64,000 nucleotides of DNA. Source: a virus (Duplodnaviria > Caudoviricetes). Numbering within the stretch: the first letter of the stretch is position 1; every line of letters begins with the position of its first letter. The notes under the pieces are model-generated. The model had not been told where the DNA came from, did no database searches, and was given only the letters and a program-made list of their open reading frames with translations. The translations under genes and the position numbers were made by a program. Shown here one piece after another: positions 35,864 to 46,512 of this stretch. Location of the stretch: positions 1-64,000 of IMG/VR virus record IMGVR_UViG_3300037067_015585; one strand, 5' to 3'.

Positions 35864-36301
35864 TTATCGGAATAGCTTCTTACGAACCCTATATGTTTGG
35901 TATTTCTGTGTCGGTTGTTCACTCTTAACATCGACCGCAACATTATCTGTTTTAACAGTCACATCAATAGATTTCTTTGGACAATTACCATTAACACATG
36001 GGCATGGCTGTTCATCAGTAGAATCGTCCGGATCAGCCTTAGGTGCAACTGGGTTTGCGGCTGTTGGTGTATATTGTATCTTAGAGCAAACGTCATCATC
36101 TGGAACAGGTGGTGCTGGAATATCACTGCCTGGTCTTGGATGGATATGGATTGGACCTATATCGATATCTGCAGTCGGTTTAACTGGTATAGCTGGAGTA
36201 ACCGGAGCAACCGAAGTATCAATACTGGCTTCACATTTAAAAATTAACCAAAGGCCGAGTAACAAAAGAGCACAGCCGATTACTGGCAATGACTTCTTCA
36301 T
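35864..36301 (-). CDS. membrane-anchored/secreted Pro-rich protein
   Basis: N-terminal hydrophobic segment; Pro-rich; C..G.CP motif. Confidence 0.6.
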   Translation of the reverse strand: MKKSLPVIGCALLLLGLWLIFKCEASIDTSVAPVTPAIPVKPTADIDIGPIHIHPRPGSDIPAPPVPDDDVCSKIQYTPTAANPVAPKADPDDSTDEQPCPCVNGNCPKKSIDVTVKTDNVAVDVKSEQPTQKYQTYRVRKKLFR

Positions 36302-36312
36302 TTCTAGACTCC

Positions 36313-36570
36313 TCAGATTGGAACTTCACGCACCTCACGCAAAGGATATTTGTCTGGAAACCACTCAGCTTGACCACACCCATTATCTGTACTAACTTGG
36401 CTAGATTCTTTTGAAGTATCAGTATTAAAGTAAACGCACACATGATGATGCTGATACTTATTGTCTACCAACTTAACAATCCCAGTACCAATCATATTGC
36501 CATTACCACATTTGCAAAGTATATTATGATATAGTACTTTAACTTCGCAAGTCCTAATGCGTGCTTTCAT
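36313..36570 (-). CDS. small Cys/His-containing hypothetical protein
   Basis: ATGA-coupled to fcl. Confidence 0.5.
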   Translation of the reverse strand: MKARIRTCEVKVLYHNILCKCGNGNMIGTGIVKLVDNKYQHHHVCVYFNTDTSKESSQVSTDNGCGQAEWFPDKYPLREVREVPI

Positions 36571-37508
36571 TTGTTGTCATTCCACCACTTAATGGTCTTT
36601 TTTAGCCCTTTATCGAATGACGTTTCTGCCACAAAACCAAACTCATTTAAAGCCCTACTGACGTCAAGGCATCTCCTTGGCTGCCCGTCCGGTTTATTAA
36701 GATCATAATAAATTGTGCCCTTAAATCCTATTATTTTAGCTATCTTATTAGCCAACTCAGAAATTGTTATTTCAAATCCAGCACCAACATTTACTGGCTC
36801 TGGATTGTCGTAATCTCTAGTCGCCATAACAATTGCCCTAGCGCAATCTTCTACATATAAAAATTCACGACTAGCGTTTCCACTACCCCACACAATGACA
36901 TCGTGTTCTTTTTTGTCTTTTGCTTCTTGGAATTTTCGTATTAGTGCTGGCATCACGTGCGAACTTTCTGGATTGAAGTTGTCGCCCGGTCCGTACAAGT
37001 TTACTGGTAATAGGCAAATACCATTCATACCATATTGCTGCCGGTATGCTTGTAACATTACAAGCAACGCTTTCTTTGCAATCCCATACGGTGCGTTCGT
37101 TGGTTCTGGATAACCGTCCCATAGTTTCTCCTCACAAAATGGAACTGGAGTATTACAAGGATATGAACAAATCGTTCCAACTTGAACAAACTTTTTAACC
37201 CTGTTATGACGTGCGTGCTCTATTAAATGCACACCCATTATAATATTATCGTAAAAGAACTTTCCTGGGTTCTCTCGATTAGCACCAATACCACCAACAG
37301 AAGCAGCCAGATGGATAACAATATCTGGTTTAGCATCTTTATACATTCTAATAACATTAGTTTCGCATGTCAAATTGTAGTCTTTGCTACGCGGAACAAA
37401 TATGTTTTCATCTTTCGCGCCAACTAGTTTTAATTTGTCGATCACATAGCGACCAACAAAACCAGCACCACCAGTTACAACTATTTTGTCGTTTTTTAAG
37501 TCGATCAT
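36567..37508 (-). CDS. fcl: GDP-L-fucose synthase
   Basis: [41 protein letters not shown]...[15 protein letters not shown]. Confidence 0.95.
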   Translation of the reverse strand: MIDLKNDKIVVTGGAGFVGRYVIDKLKLVGAKDENIFVPRSKDYNLTCETNVIRMYKDAKPDIVIHLAASVGGIGANRENPGKFFYDNIIMGVHLIEHARHNRVKKFVQVGTICSYPCNTPVPFCEEKLWDGYPEPTNAPYGIAKKALLVMLQAYRQQYGMNGICLLPVNLYGPGDNFNPESSHVMPALIRKFQEAKDKKEHDVIVWGSGNASREFLYVEDCARAIVMATRDYDNPEPVNVGAGFEITISELANKIAKIIGFKGTIYYDLNKPDGQPRRCLDVSRALNEFGFVAETSFDKGLKKTIKWWNDNK

Positions 37509-38503
37509 TTTTGTAAAAACTCTTCCACCTTTGCATGCTTCATGTCGTTGTCAATCATAATTTTAACAAGCTGTTCAAAAGTAATTTTCGGTGCCCATCC
37601 AAGCGTCTCTCTAGCTTTTGAAGAATCACCCAATAATAAATCGACTTCTGTTGGGCGGAAATATTTTGGATCTATTTCAACGTATTTGTGCCAGTCTAAA
37701 TCTAACGATGAAAATGCTACTTCAACAAATTCTTTAACAGATCTTGTTCTACCAGATGAAATAATATAGTCATCTGGTTTATTGTGTTGAAGCATTAACC
37801 ACATCGCCTCAACATAGTCACCAGCATAGCCCCAATCACGCTGAGCATCCAAATTACCTAAAAACAGCTTATCTTGCAATCCAAGTTTAATTCGTGTAGC
37901 TGCACGCGTTATTTTTCTTGTTACAAATGTCTCGCCGCGCCTAGGACCAGTATGATTGAATAATATCCCATTGCAAGCGAACATATTATACGCTTCACGA
38001 TAATTTACTGTTTGCCAATAACCAAATAATTTAGAGCATCCATATGGACTACGTGGATAAAATGGTGTAGATTCTGTTTGTGGTGTCTCAACGACTTTCC
38101 CAAACATCTCACTACTAGAAGCTTGATAGAATTTTATATCACTTTTTATAGATCGTATTGCCTCTAATAGTTGTATGGTACCAATAGCAATCGATTGCGC
38201 TGTATAGACTGGTATATCGAAACTGACACGGACATGAGACATTGCTGCAAGATTGTAAACCTCATCCGGCATCACATCTTTTATTATAGAGGTGAGCGAT
38301 AAGCTATCAGTCATATCACCATAATGCAGAAATAATCGCACATCTTTATTGTGCGGATCTTGATATATAGGCTCAATGCGTTCAGTATTAAAGCTACTAG
38401 ATCGGCGTATTATGCCATGAACTTCATAATCTTTAGATAATAACAGATCGCATAAATGCGACCCGTCTTGGCCTGTTACTCCCGTTATGAGTGCTTTCTT
38501 CAT
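37505..38503 (-). CDS. gmd: GDP-mannose 4,6-dehydratase
   Basis: [51 protein letters not shown]. Confidence 0.97.
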   Translation of the reverse strand: MKKALITGVTGQDGSHLCDLLLSKDYEVHGIIRRSSSFNTERIEPIYQDPHNKDVRLFLHYGDMTDSLSLTSIIKDVMPDEVYNLAAMSHVRVSFDIPVYTAQSIAIGTIQLLEAIRSIKSDIKFYQASSSEMFGKVVETPQTESTPFYPRSPYGCSKLFGYWQTVNYREAYNMFACNGILFNHTGPRRGETFVTRKITRAATRIKLGLQDKLFLGNLDAQRDWGYAGDYVEAMWLMLQHNKPDDYIISSGRTRSVKEFVEVAFSSLDLDWHKYVEIDPKYFRPTEVDLLLGDSSKARETLGWAPKITFEQLVKIMIDNDMKHAKVEEFLQK

Positions 38504-38504
38504 G

Positions 38505-39269
38505 CTAACCAGCTAAAGTCATGCTGCGTAACACGAATGACCCCATTGAAGGTATGGCCTTTGAACCAGATAGCCACACGTCGTTTCCTGGGCCATGAGA
38601 ATTTGGTGAATGAACTTCGATCTTGCCGTTATTCACACGTAGCATATCGAGCATAACTGCATGACTCCACCAGCTATATCCAACATAGCATGCCCAGCCC
38701 TGCAATAATGCTGTAACAGTTTCCGCCCAAACGTCCTTGCCACCAAGATCCCACCATTCAAGCGGAATGTAGTTCTGACGTTCATCCTTGTACTTCGGGT
38801 CCCATTGCGATTTATTGATTTTGTGCTGCGGAACCGTAGCTCTCGTGGCGATACCATTTGCTGCTGCATATTGTAATGCACCATCAAGACTGTATCCACT
38901 ATTTCTATATCCGACGCATTCAGCAAGCGACTCAGGCGACAATTGGATGAAGGGCTGTCCTTGAGTAGCACGTACGGTCATTGCTGTTTCACATAGGCTG
39001 TATGCCCAGCAAAAACCAAGACCATTCTGATAATCTGCATTCGGATCACTACTCCATCTCTGGCCAATAAATGAACCAGATGAAGTCATGGCACTGATTC
39101 TATTCTTCCATTCGCTTTCTGGAATGAGAGGAACATATTCAGCAAAAACTGCGGCACACGCTAGATCGCCAATCTGTGTCTCGCGTGGTAATGCGCCTGC
39201 AACAAACCCATTGCTTACACTCTCTGATACAACATCGTCAGCGTTATCGTCATCAATATATAAGCTCAT
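38505..39269 (-). CDS. papain-like (C1) cysteine peptidase
   Basis: QNG.G.CWAYS (Gln/Cys), WSHAV (His), NSHG (Asn; usually NSWG). Confidence 0.75.
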   Translation of the reverse strand: MSLYIDDDNADDVVSESVSNGFVAGALPRETQIGDLACAAVFAEYVPLIPESEWKNRISAMTSSGSFIGQRWSSDPNADYQNGLGFCWAYSLCETAMTVRATQGQPFIQLSPESLAECVGYRNSGYSLDGALQYAAANGIATRATVPQHKINKSQWDPKYKDERQNYIPLEWWDLGGKDVWAETVTALLQGWACYVGYSWWSHAVMLDMLRVNNGKIEVHSPNSHGPGNDVWLSGSKAIPSMGSFVLRSMTLAG

Positions 39270-39283
39270 TGTTTTTTAGCCTT

Positions 39284-39658
39284 TCACTTACCTATTGCTT
39301 TTTTGAGTGCATCCAATTTCATCGGGCATGGACCAACAGTTATTTTGTTGCCGTCCCATTGCAAGGCTAAAACTGGCAACTTCTGCTCCCCAACAGCATC
39401 TAAAAATGGCTTTGCTTCTGCTGAAGGTTTCTTCGCTTTTCCGAGTACATGCTGATCCCAAACAAGCACACCAAGTTTCTCGGCAGCTGCAAATAACTCG
39501 ACGTCTTCCTCTGGTAATGGTTTTGTCACATCCGTCTCACGAATTATGACTGCCTTAGTTGGCACGCCAGAGCCAAACGTCAGAAAACTTGGTTGTACAA
39601 TCAGCGCAATGCCAGCAAGCAGCATTATAGCTGCGACGATCGGTAATGCCTTCTTCAT
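39284..39658 (-). CDS. membrane-anchored small protein (possible thioredoxin-like fold without CxxC)
   Basis: N-terminal TM/signal; LP.L...G....P pattern; adjacent to the C1 peptidase. Confidence 0.55.
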   Translation of the reverse strand: MKKALPIVAAIMLLAGIALIVQPSFLTFGSGVPTKAVIIRETDVTKPLPEEDVELFAAAEKLGVLVWDQHVLGKAKKPSAEAKPFLDAVGEQKLPVLALQWDGNKITVGPCPMKLDALKKAIGK

Positions 39659-40062
39659 TGTACTGGTACCTCCACTACAGTACCGTCAACAGTTGCGATT
39701 TTCGCTGTTTTCGTAGTATCTGTTGTTTGTGCTACAGGCGTAGTTTGAGCAGTCTTCCAAATCGTAATCGCATCCTGCCAAAGAACATCTGCGATAATTT
39801 CGCAGGCTTTTGTAGCATCTGGTGATGCCGAGATTGCCAATACCTTACTTAACACTTCGACGTAGCCAAGGTTAGCAACTAACTTCGTCGTATCTAATGA
39901 AGAAGATATGGCAGTAGTTGCCGTCGTAGTTGTGGGTGTTGTCGCGGGTACTGTAGTTGATGTAGTTGTGGTTGTAGAAACCTTAAGCCACTTGTCCCAT
40001 ACGTAGTACAGCAACACTAATACTGATACTACTACAAACCCAATACCAATCTGTTGATACAT
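39655..40062 (-). CDS. membrane protein with Thr-rich linker
   Basis: N-terminal TM; poly-Thr. Confidence 0.6.
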   Translation of the reverse strand: MYQQIGIGFVVVSVLVLLYYVWDKWLKVSTTTTTSTTVPATTPTTTTATTAISSSLDTTKLVANLGYVEVLSKVLAISASPDATKACEIIADVLWQDAITIWKTAQTTPVAQTTDTTKTAKIATVDGTVVEVPVQ

Positions 40063-40070
40063 GATAACCT

Positions 40071-40730
40071 CTATGGGTTAAATAAGTGATGGTGTTCGCT
40101 TTTCCAAACTCCGAGATTATTTTTCTTTGCTTCGTTCTCGAAAGTCTTCCAATCCTTTGGAGCATCAGGTGCCAATTTAGCCATACCCAATCTTACTTGC
40201 TCAGTGTTGAGGCATTGGCCAGATTGATTGTAAATCGTTCCAACAATTGGGTGTATTGATGACTCCAATGATTCTGTATTTACGCTATCGTCAGATGTTG
40301 CTGATTCCGACGACTGTGATTGCACATCTTTTATTAGTAGACCTTTGTATGGGATTCTTACAAGATTGCCTGCTAGATGTTCCAGCGATGCACGGCTATC
40401 TTCAGCAATTTTACCATCTGATGGCGCAACGATATGAGCTAAACTAATTGTCTTTGATCTTCTACCATGAATGCCATATGTATGTTCAAGACTAGCACCA
40501 GTTGTAGCCTTCGATACTGATATGTCTTCCCATCTTGTTGGTTTTGGTGGTCTTGTTCTGCTACATGCAAAATCGCGGCAAGATCCGCCATAGAATACCC
40601 ATCCACCAAATAAGAATATCGCTAGACATGCCCAGGCTTGCCATGGAACAACCTTTATGACAGCAGATATTGCACTACCAATAGTACTAAGGATTGCAGT
40701 GATTACAGCAAGCATGTTAGACCTCGCCAA
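40071..40730 (-). CDS. membrane-anchored thermonuclease (SNase)-like protein, catalytic residues degenerate
   Basis: I.LA.I.AP, LN.EQVR.G.A, E.EAK...LGVW; lacks DGDT and DAPE. Confidence 0.65.
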   Translation of the reverse strand: MARSNMLAVITAILSTIGSAISAVIKVVPWQAWACLAIFLFGGWVFYGGSCRDFACSRTRPPKPTRWEDISVSKATTGASLEHTYGIHGRRSKTISLAHIVAPSDGKIAEDSRASLEHLAGNLVRIPYKGLLIKDVQSQSSESATSDDSVNTESLESSIHPIVGTIYNQSGQCLNTEQVRLGMAKLAPDAPKDWKTFENEAKKNNLGVWKSEHHHLFNP

Positions 40731-40776
40731 TATTTACCACATGGCGGAAACTAACAATATCTTTGGCTGTGATTTA

Positions 40777-41280
40777 TCAAGAGAAAAGAGCTTTATTTAA
40801 TGCTTTACTAAAACGTGACTCGTTATATTCATCTCTACGCCGTTCATATTCGTAATCATTATCTGTGTCGTCTTCCTCAGGAAGATCTTCGTCATTTATC
40901 TCGTCTAATCTACTATCGAACATATCATGACTAGCTTTATCTGACAGATCAATCTCTGTCTTCTGGTTATTTGGGCCAAGAATACTTATGGTAACTGGCT
41001 CATTTAATGTGCGCTCGTCTTCGCCTTCTGGTGCATAGCTCTGTTCAATTGGGCCGCTTCGTACGCCTGGATCATAGTATCCGACTGATCTCCAGGTTAT
41101 AATTAACGAAACCGCATAATCTTCAGTACGTGGTATTTTTCTTTGGTCTAGCTCATTGCGAACAGTATCTGGTAATGGATTGTTGTCTATATCTAGCCAC
41201 CCACCATCTGGTGACCACATAATCTCAACTTCCGTAGTACCACTAACATCCCAATGATGCTTACTACTATACATAGACAA
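40777..41280 (-). CDS. acidic hypothetical protein, possible head-internal protein
   Basis: within the head module; acidic. Confidence 0.55.
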   Translation of the reverse strand: MSMYSSKHHWDVSGTTEVEIMWSPDGGWLDIDNNPLPDTVRNELDQRKIPRTEDYAVSLIITWRSVGYYDPGVRSGPIEQSYAPEGEDERTLNEPVTISILGPNNQKTEIDLSDKASHDMFDSRLDEINDEDLPEEDDTDNDYEYERRRDEYNESRFSKALNKALFS

Positions 41281-41315
41281 ACCTGACTTTCTCGCTCGTG
41301 TCTCGTCAAGTCCGT

Positions 41316-44300
41316 TTAGATTCTATTTTCGCCGGATTTGACAGGCTTGAGACCAGGAGCCGATTTAGTGCTGACATCAACGTCACCACCATCTTCGAAT
41401 CCCTCTATCTTTTTGCCTTTGCCATGAGGCTTCTGTGCACCCTTTTCTTTTGGCGGCTCACGATGGTCTTGCTTTGTGGTATCGTAGTCGCTCTTCTTCG
41501 GGTCTGTGATATCCTTATCTTCCTGAATCTTCTCTTCGCCCTCGACTTCTTCAGTCTCTTCGGGTTCCTCTGGTTCAGGAGTCTCACCAGTCTCAAAATC
41601 AGGCATTTCATCGGTATCTGTCTCCGGTGACTCTGGTTCTGAGTCGATTGCCGGCTCAGTCACTGGCTGCATTGACGTTTCGCCAGTTTCTCCACCGATA
41701 CCACTATCAATATCACTATCATCGATACCACCAGATATTCCAGCAATATCAACTTCTTTCACTTCGCCGCCATCACCACCAACACCATCAGCACCAGTGT
41801 CGATTGAAACTGAGACTGATCCGTCGCCACCGGCTGTAATTGTTGCTACAGCTTCGTCGAGTGCGCGATCATCTTCCTCAGTAATTGGTCGGAATTGTTC
41901 AATTCCCTCTGCTAGCCACTTAGAGAATGGAATACCATTGCCTTTCTTGATACCAGCAGCAGCCAGTGCACTCTCAAAAAGATTCTCAGGAACCGGAATA
42001 TTAACATTGCCATCTTCACTCAAAATGACAAATGGATTAGCGTAATCAAGGATAAATCTTACACCATCAAGATCACCCTTCATACCCTTACCGGCCTCGT
42101 CGTGCTCAAGCCACACAACATTACGCCGAACGCGAGATTCATTGGTTGGAGCATTACCAGTCAATCCGGAATCTGCTTCTGGTGCTTCTCCATCAATCTC
42201 CGTGACGCTATTACCGCTCGGTTTCTTGCGCTCGGTCTTGTTCAAACTTGAACGACGTGGATTACGCCGACGCATCAAAGTACCACTCTTATATTGATCT
42301 TCAGCAATTTGTTTAAATTGCTCGACAATATTATCAATGGTAGCATTAACGCGATGTTCAGGAATGCGAATACCAGATGCAGTAATCGCTTCTAATGCTA
42401 ATTTATGAGCGTCAATATTGTTGATATCGACATTCTTTGATTCGGCTATTTTAAACATGCCAGAAATGACATCCGACATCTCGTCGCGAAGTATCGACTT
42501 GCCGTAATCAATACCCATATTGCTTGTGAAATCAACTGACTCGCCCATAGCATAAGGATCGGCACTCTCATCACATTCAGTCTCTTCACATTCTCCTTCA
42601 TCCTTTTCATCCTTGTCGCCTTCCTTACCATCTTTCTCGGCAAGCTTTTTCTCAAGCCATTCCTTATCTTCGGAAAGCCCAAGAGCCTTGCCAATCAGCC
42701 GCTCTGATACTGGCTTTTTGGTCTTTTGCTTGCTGTCGAGCTGCATACCCTCTTCTTCCTCGTCGCCACCAAGTCCGAGTTCGTCAAGATCGTCCTCGCC
42801 GCCCTCTTCCTCGTCTTCGTCACCGAGTCCGAGTTCGTCGAGATCCTCTTCACCGCCCTCTTCACCACCAATATCATCACCAACATCACCACCAATATCA
42901 CCAATCTCCTCACCACCACCAGCACCCGCCTCGGGTGCAGCTGCCGCAGAAGATCCGCCGATTTGGATTAATGGCGAGTTGATAATGATATTAGGTTGAC
43001 CGGCTGTACCGGCCTGATCCAAACTACCACCAATTTCGCTACCAAGCTCTTCACCTTGATCGATTCCAGCGTTGGTTTCAGAACCACCTTGCGTGTCATA
43101 ATCATTAAGAGTATCCATCGCTTCGAGCTCTTTGTGTGCTGAAGCTAATGTCTCACGGACAAGGTAGACTGTGGCATCGTCAACTTCTGACTCTGATAGT
43201 TTCTCGATCAGTTCGTTGACCTTCTCTTTCAATTCCATATCTTCTTGGATCTTCGGGCTATCACGCAACAACCCAAGAGCGGTACGATAAGCTTTCACCT
43301 CTTCGTCGCGTGGTGACATAGCCTCATTGAAGGTTGCATTGACGAATTTATCATAATCACCGTCGAAATCTTTCGATTTTTCGAGGACTACTACATTCTC
43401 AAGCAACGTCGGGTGTTGTGACTTAACAGCTGTAGCACGCCATTCCTTAAGAATGGAATCACGATTAACCTTCAGGTTTGTGCGGTAGAATAAAGTTGCT
43501 GTATCGTTGCACAACTGTTGGTTCATCACCGATCTTGCTGCTAGAGTATTCTCGACAAGAGTTTGGCACTCTTGTCGTGTCAGCAAGCAGAATTCCTGTT
43601 GTTCAGCAAGGAAATTCTTAATCCCAGCAACAGCTTCAGAAATTTTATCATTGTCGATGAGCTTTGCGATCTTATAGATTCGCTTCTGGAATCCTTCAGA
43701 TTTGTAAGCTTCTTTAGCTGACTCACGCATATGTGTGCCAACTACTTTTCGGCACGTCCATTCGCTAACTGGCAACTTCTTGCGACGATCGCCATTGAAT
43801 GTGGCACTAATCAGTCTACCACTTTCAAGGACAACTGAGTCAGATAGACTCTCAACCAAAGCCTTGACCAATTTCTGCTTATCTGAATTACTCCACGATT
43901 TCGCAGTAGATTCTACACGCAATTTGCGAACAACACCATCGCGAGTACGAATTACACCAGATAATGGTATTGTGTATGGAGAGAACTTGTGTGCGGCAAG
44001 ATTATTGAAAGTCGTCCGCATCGCTCGCTGATCGTTAGCCTCGATGGCATTAATCAAGCCGTGGCAATCTTGTTCAAACAGTGATTGCTTCTGGCCTTCG
44101 ACTATCTTGACTGGTCGGACATTATTTATGTTGATCTTGCCACCACGCAAATGCTGGTGATCAGCAACATAATAGGAATTACTTGCAGTATCCTCAATGA
44201 ACAGATTGCCGTCATTGAGTGCTGCAAGACGCCACTTGGCTCCAACCCGTTGTCCGAGCTGCTCAATCAATGATTCATAGATAGCAACTCTGCTTTGAGC

Positions 44301-44366
44301 GGAATTGTTGATAGTCCCAAGAAACTTCCTACTATCCAATACGAGGCATTCGGCTTTGGTGGCCAT
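41316..44366 (-). CDS. large acidic prohead-core/scaffold-like protein (1016 aa)
   Basis: directly downstream of the portal gene; E/D/G-rich disordered segments; many [LIV]xE sites. Confidence 0.6.
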   Translation of the reverse strand: MATKAECLVLDSRKFLGTINNSAQSRVAIYESLIEQLGQRVGAKWRLAALNDGNLFIEDTASNSYYVADHQHLRGGKININNVRPVKIVEGQKQSLFEQDCHGLINAIEANDQRAMRTTFNNLAAHKFSPYTIPLSGVIRTRDGVVRKLRVESTAKSWSNSDKQKLVKALVESLSDSVVLESGRLISATFNGDRRKKLPVSEWTCRKVVGTHMRESAKEAYKSEGFQKRIYKIAKLIDNDKISEAVAGIKNFLAEQQEFCLLTRQECQTLVENTLAARSVMNQQLCNDTATLFYRTNLKVNRDSILKEWRATAVKSQHPTLLENVVVLEKSKDFDGDYDKFVNATFNEAMSPRDEEVKAYRTALGLLRDSPKIQEDMELKEKVNELIEKLSESEVDDATVYLVRETLASAHKELEAMDTLNDYDTQGGSETNAGIDQGEELGSEIGGSLDQAGTAGQPNIIINSPLIQIGGSSAAAAPEAGAGGGEEIGDIGGDVGDDIGGEEGGEEDLDELGLGDEDEEEGGEDDLDELGLGGDEEEEGMQLDSKQKTKKPVSERLIGKALGLSEDKEWLEKKLAEKDGKEGDKDEKDEGECEETECDESADPYAMGESVDFTSNMGIDYGKSILRDEMSDVISGMFKIAESKNVDINNIDAHKLALEAITASGIRIPEHRVNATIDNIVEQFKQIAEDQYKSGTLMRRRNPRRSSLNKTERKKPSGNSVTEIDGEAPEADSGLTGNAPTNESRVRRNVVWLEHDEAGKGMKGDLDGVRFILDYANPFVILSEDGNVNIPVPENLFESALAAAGIKKGNGIPFSKWLAEGIEQFRPITEEDDRALDEAVATITAGGDGSVSVSIDTGADGVGGDGGEVKEVDIAGISGGIDDSDIDSGIGGETGETSMQPVTEPAIDSEPESPETDTDEMPDFETGETPEPEEPEETEEVEGEEKIQEDKDITDPKKSDYDTTKQDHREPPKEKGAQKPHGKGKKIEGFEDGGDVDVSTKSAPGLKPVKSGENRI

Positions 44367-44436
44367 GTACTAACTCCCTATTGACTGCGAACACGAAGTT
44401 CGATTTGTGTCCTATATAATAATGTTTGCCTAAAGT

Positions 44437-46401
44437 TTAAGTGGGTAGATCATTTTGGTCAATATCATTATCATCAGAAACGATTGCAACTTGATTTTTA
44501 ATGATATTTCTAACCTCGTTTATTGCAGATTCACGATCTTTCTTTGGTACTGACCATTCCACTAACACACCATTATCAGTACCATTAATATCTTCAACAA
44601 TAACGCCATCATCATCTACCTTTTGTGCCGTCTTAGTAAGACCATCTAATTCCTTAGATTCTAATAGATATCTGAATGGATTAGATGGTCTTCCAGAATG
44701 CTGTGATATTTTGACTATATTACTGTATTGCTTCTTTTTACGTGCGTCTTTACGCATCTCCATCAATATTTTCTTCTCATCCTTCCTACTCTCAAGTTCA
44801 AAATCTTCGTCGCCACCCTCTTCTTCGCCTTCATCACCACCCTCTTCTTCTCCACCCTCTTCTCCTATGCCTTCGCCGCCTTCAGCACCTTCGCCGCCCT
44901 CTTCACCGCCAATATCTAAATCTAAATCGCCGCCGCCTTCATCATCACCCATGTCTAAACCGCCTCCGCCGATACCACCGCCACCGCCACCGCCACCGCC
45001 ACCTTCGTCTTCATCTGTGCCTTTCTCGTCTTCTTCCATTTCTTCCATTTCTTGAATTTCATCTGGCGACAGATCGGTGAATCTAGTTACAATCCAATTC
45101 TTCGGGAACCACCCTATCTCCTTCAAATTGGACATTACATCAACTCTTGTAGCCCAAGTCTCCATTCTATATAGATCATCGAGAGCAGAGCTTGATGCTA
45201 ATGATAAACTGAAGCCCTTAATATCTTGGACGGAGTATCCACGCAAAGCCAAATGAATAATTCCTATTTTCTGAAGGCTAAGTGCCATTTCAGATTGCAC
45301 CCATTGCACTGCTTTTGCAAATTCCGCATCGGATTGTGATAATGATTTTTCATTTGGTTCACCAGCACCTTCACCAATACCAACACGCGCGAATGGTATT
45401 TTTAATGGTGATATCATCTTCTTCTTGAAGTATTCGATATCAGATATCTTATCCATGTTCTCGCCACCTGGGAGAACTTCAATATCTGGTCCAGTACCAT
45501 CTGGACGCATTGGTAAGAAGAAATCGTCTTCTTGAACAATTGGAGAAAATCGCTCATCGAATGTTCCGGTAGTTGGATTATAAAATCTCTGCCGTTTGAA
45601 CATTCTTGCGATACTCATCAAATATTCTGGGACCTCCTTGGGAGGTATCATACCAACAGGAATCTTATATTTCCGTTTTTCTGGTCCTCTGGTGATACGA
45701 TAGATGAGCGAGGCATCCTCCATAAGCCTCAATTGTTTAAATGGTTTTCTAGAACCATCAATTATAGCACGTCCATATGGTGCATAAACCGATTCAAAAT
45801 TGGTCAGCCTCATGTGCATACATGACCACGGATGCATAAAGACTGGCTCTGGATACATCTCATCTTGGTAGAAGAATCCCACCAAATCACCAAATCTCGT
45901 CTCGATACGGGTGAAATTGTAAATGTTCATAAACCGTAGCGAAGATACACCAGTACGGTTTCTATCAGTCACAACTTCGAAAGCAGCATCTCCAAATTTA
46001 CAGAGATATCTTGCTGCTGGTCTTAACCACCTATCAATAAGCAATGTATCAAAATATAATTCTTCTAAATCTTGCTTGATTCGTCTATTTGAAGCTCTGA
46101 TTATAAGGCCGTGTTTATATTCTGGATCAATAAGGCTACATTCGTCAGCGTATAAATCTAAGGCAAGACTGATCTCACCTGTTTGGTCCATCTGCTCGTA
46201 ATCTTTATATCTCTCCAAGCGATTGATCTGTAGGTTAGTTTGCTGGAGGATCGCATTTTGGCTAGAGAAGTCTAAGAAATCTCCGCCTACAGCAAGCTTA
46301 TCTATAGATGATTGATCTTGTAAAATCCGCTCTTGCTGATATATGCGATTGGCGCGAGTAAATTCCCTGATACGATCCCAAACCAACCAGTTAGCGGGCA
46401 T
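44437..46401 (-). CDS. portal protein, T4 gp20-like, with long acidic Gly-rich C-terminal tail
   Basis: ALD.YADEC, KQLRLMEDA..IYRITR.PE.R, EDDFFLP.R, I..LPGG.N...I.DIEYF.KK. Confidence 0.95.
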   Translation of the reverse strand: MPANWLVWDRIREFTRANRIYQQERILQDQSSIDKLAVGGDFLDFSSQNAILQQTNLQINRLERYKDYEQMDQTGEISLALDLYADECSLIDPEYKHGLIIRASNRRIKQDLEELYFDTLLIDRWLRPAARYLCKFGDAAFEVVTDRNRTGVSSLRFMNIYNFTRIETRFGDLVGFFYQDEMYPEPVFMHPWSCMHMRLTNFESVYAPYGRAIIDGSRKPFKQLRLMEDASLIYRITRGPEKRKYKIPVGMIPPKEVPEYLMSIARMFKRQRFYNPTTGTFDERFSPIVQEDDFFLPMRPDGTGPDIEVLPGGENMDKISDIEYFKKKMISPLKIPFARVGIGEGAGEPNEKSLSQSDAEFAKAVQWVQSEMALSLQKIGIIHLALRGYSVQDIKGFSLSLASSSALDDLYRMETWATRVDVMSNLKEIGWFPKNWIVTRFTDLSPDEIQEMEEMEEDEKGTDEDEGGGGGGGGGGIGGGGLDMGDDEGGGDLDLDIGGEEGGEGAEGGEGIGEEGGEEEGGDEGEEEGGDEDFELESRKDEKKILMEMRKDARKKKQYSNIVKISQHSGRPSNPFRYLLESKELDGLTKTAQKVDDDGVIVEDINGTDNGVLVEWSVPKKDRESAINEVRNIIKNQVAIVSDDNDIDQNDLPT

Positions 46402-46512
46402 AATTACCTAGCCTGTTGAATACAATTTTCACCAACATATTTTTAAATGTAAGTATTCCTCTTATGCACAATGCAGCCAAGATACTTGTATATTATATTT
46501 ACAACTAACCAA

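Noticed and set aside
42613-45080. Ser/Pro-rich plus-strand ORFs (42613..42999, 44501..45055)
   Set aside because: They are antisense readings of low-complexity Glu/Gly tracts in minus-strand genes.
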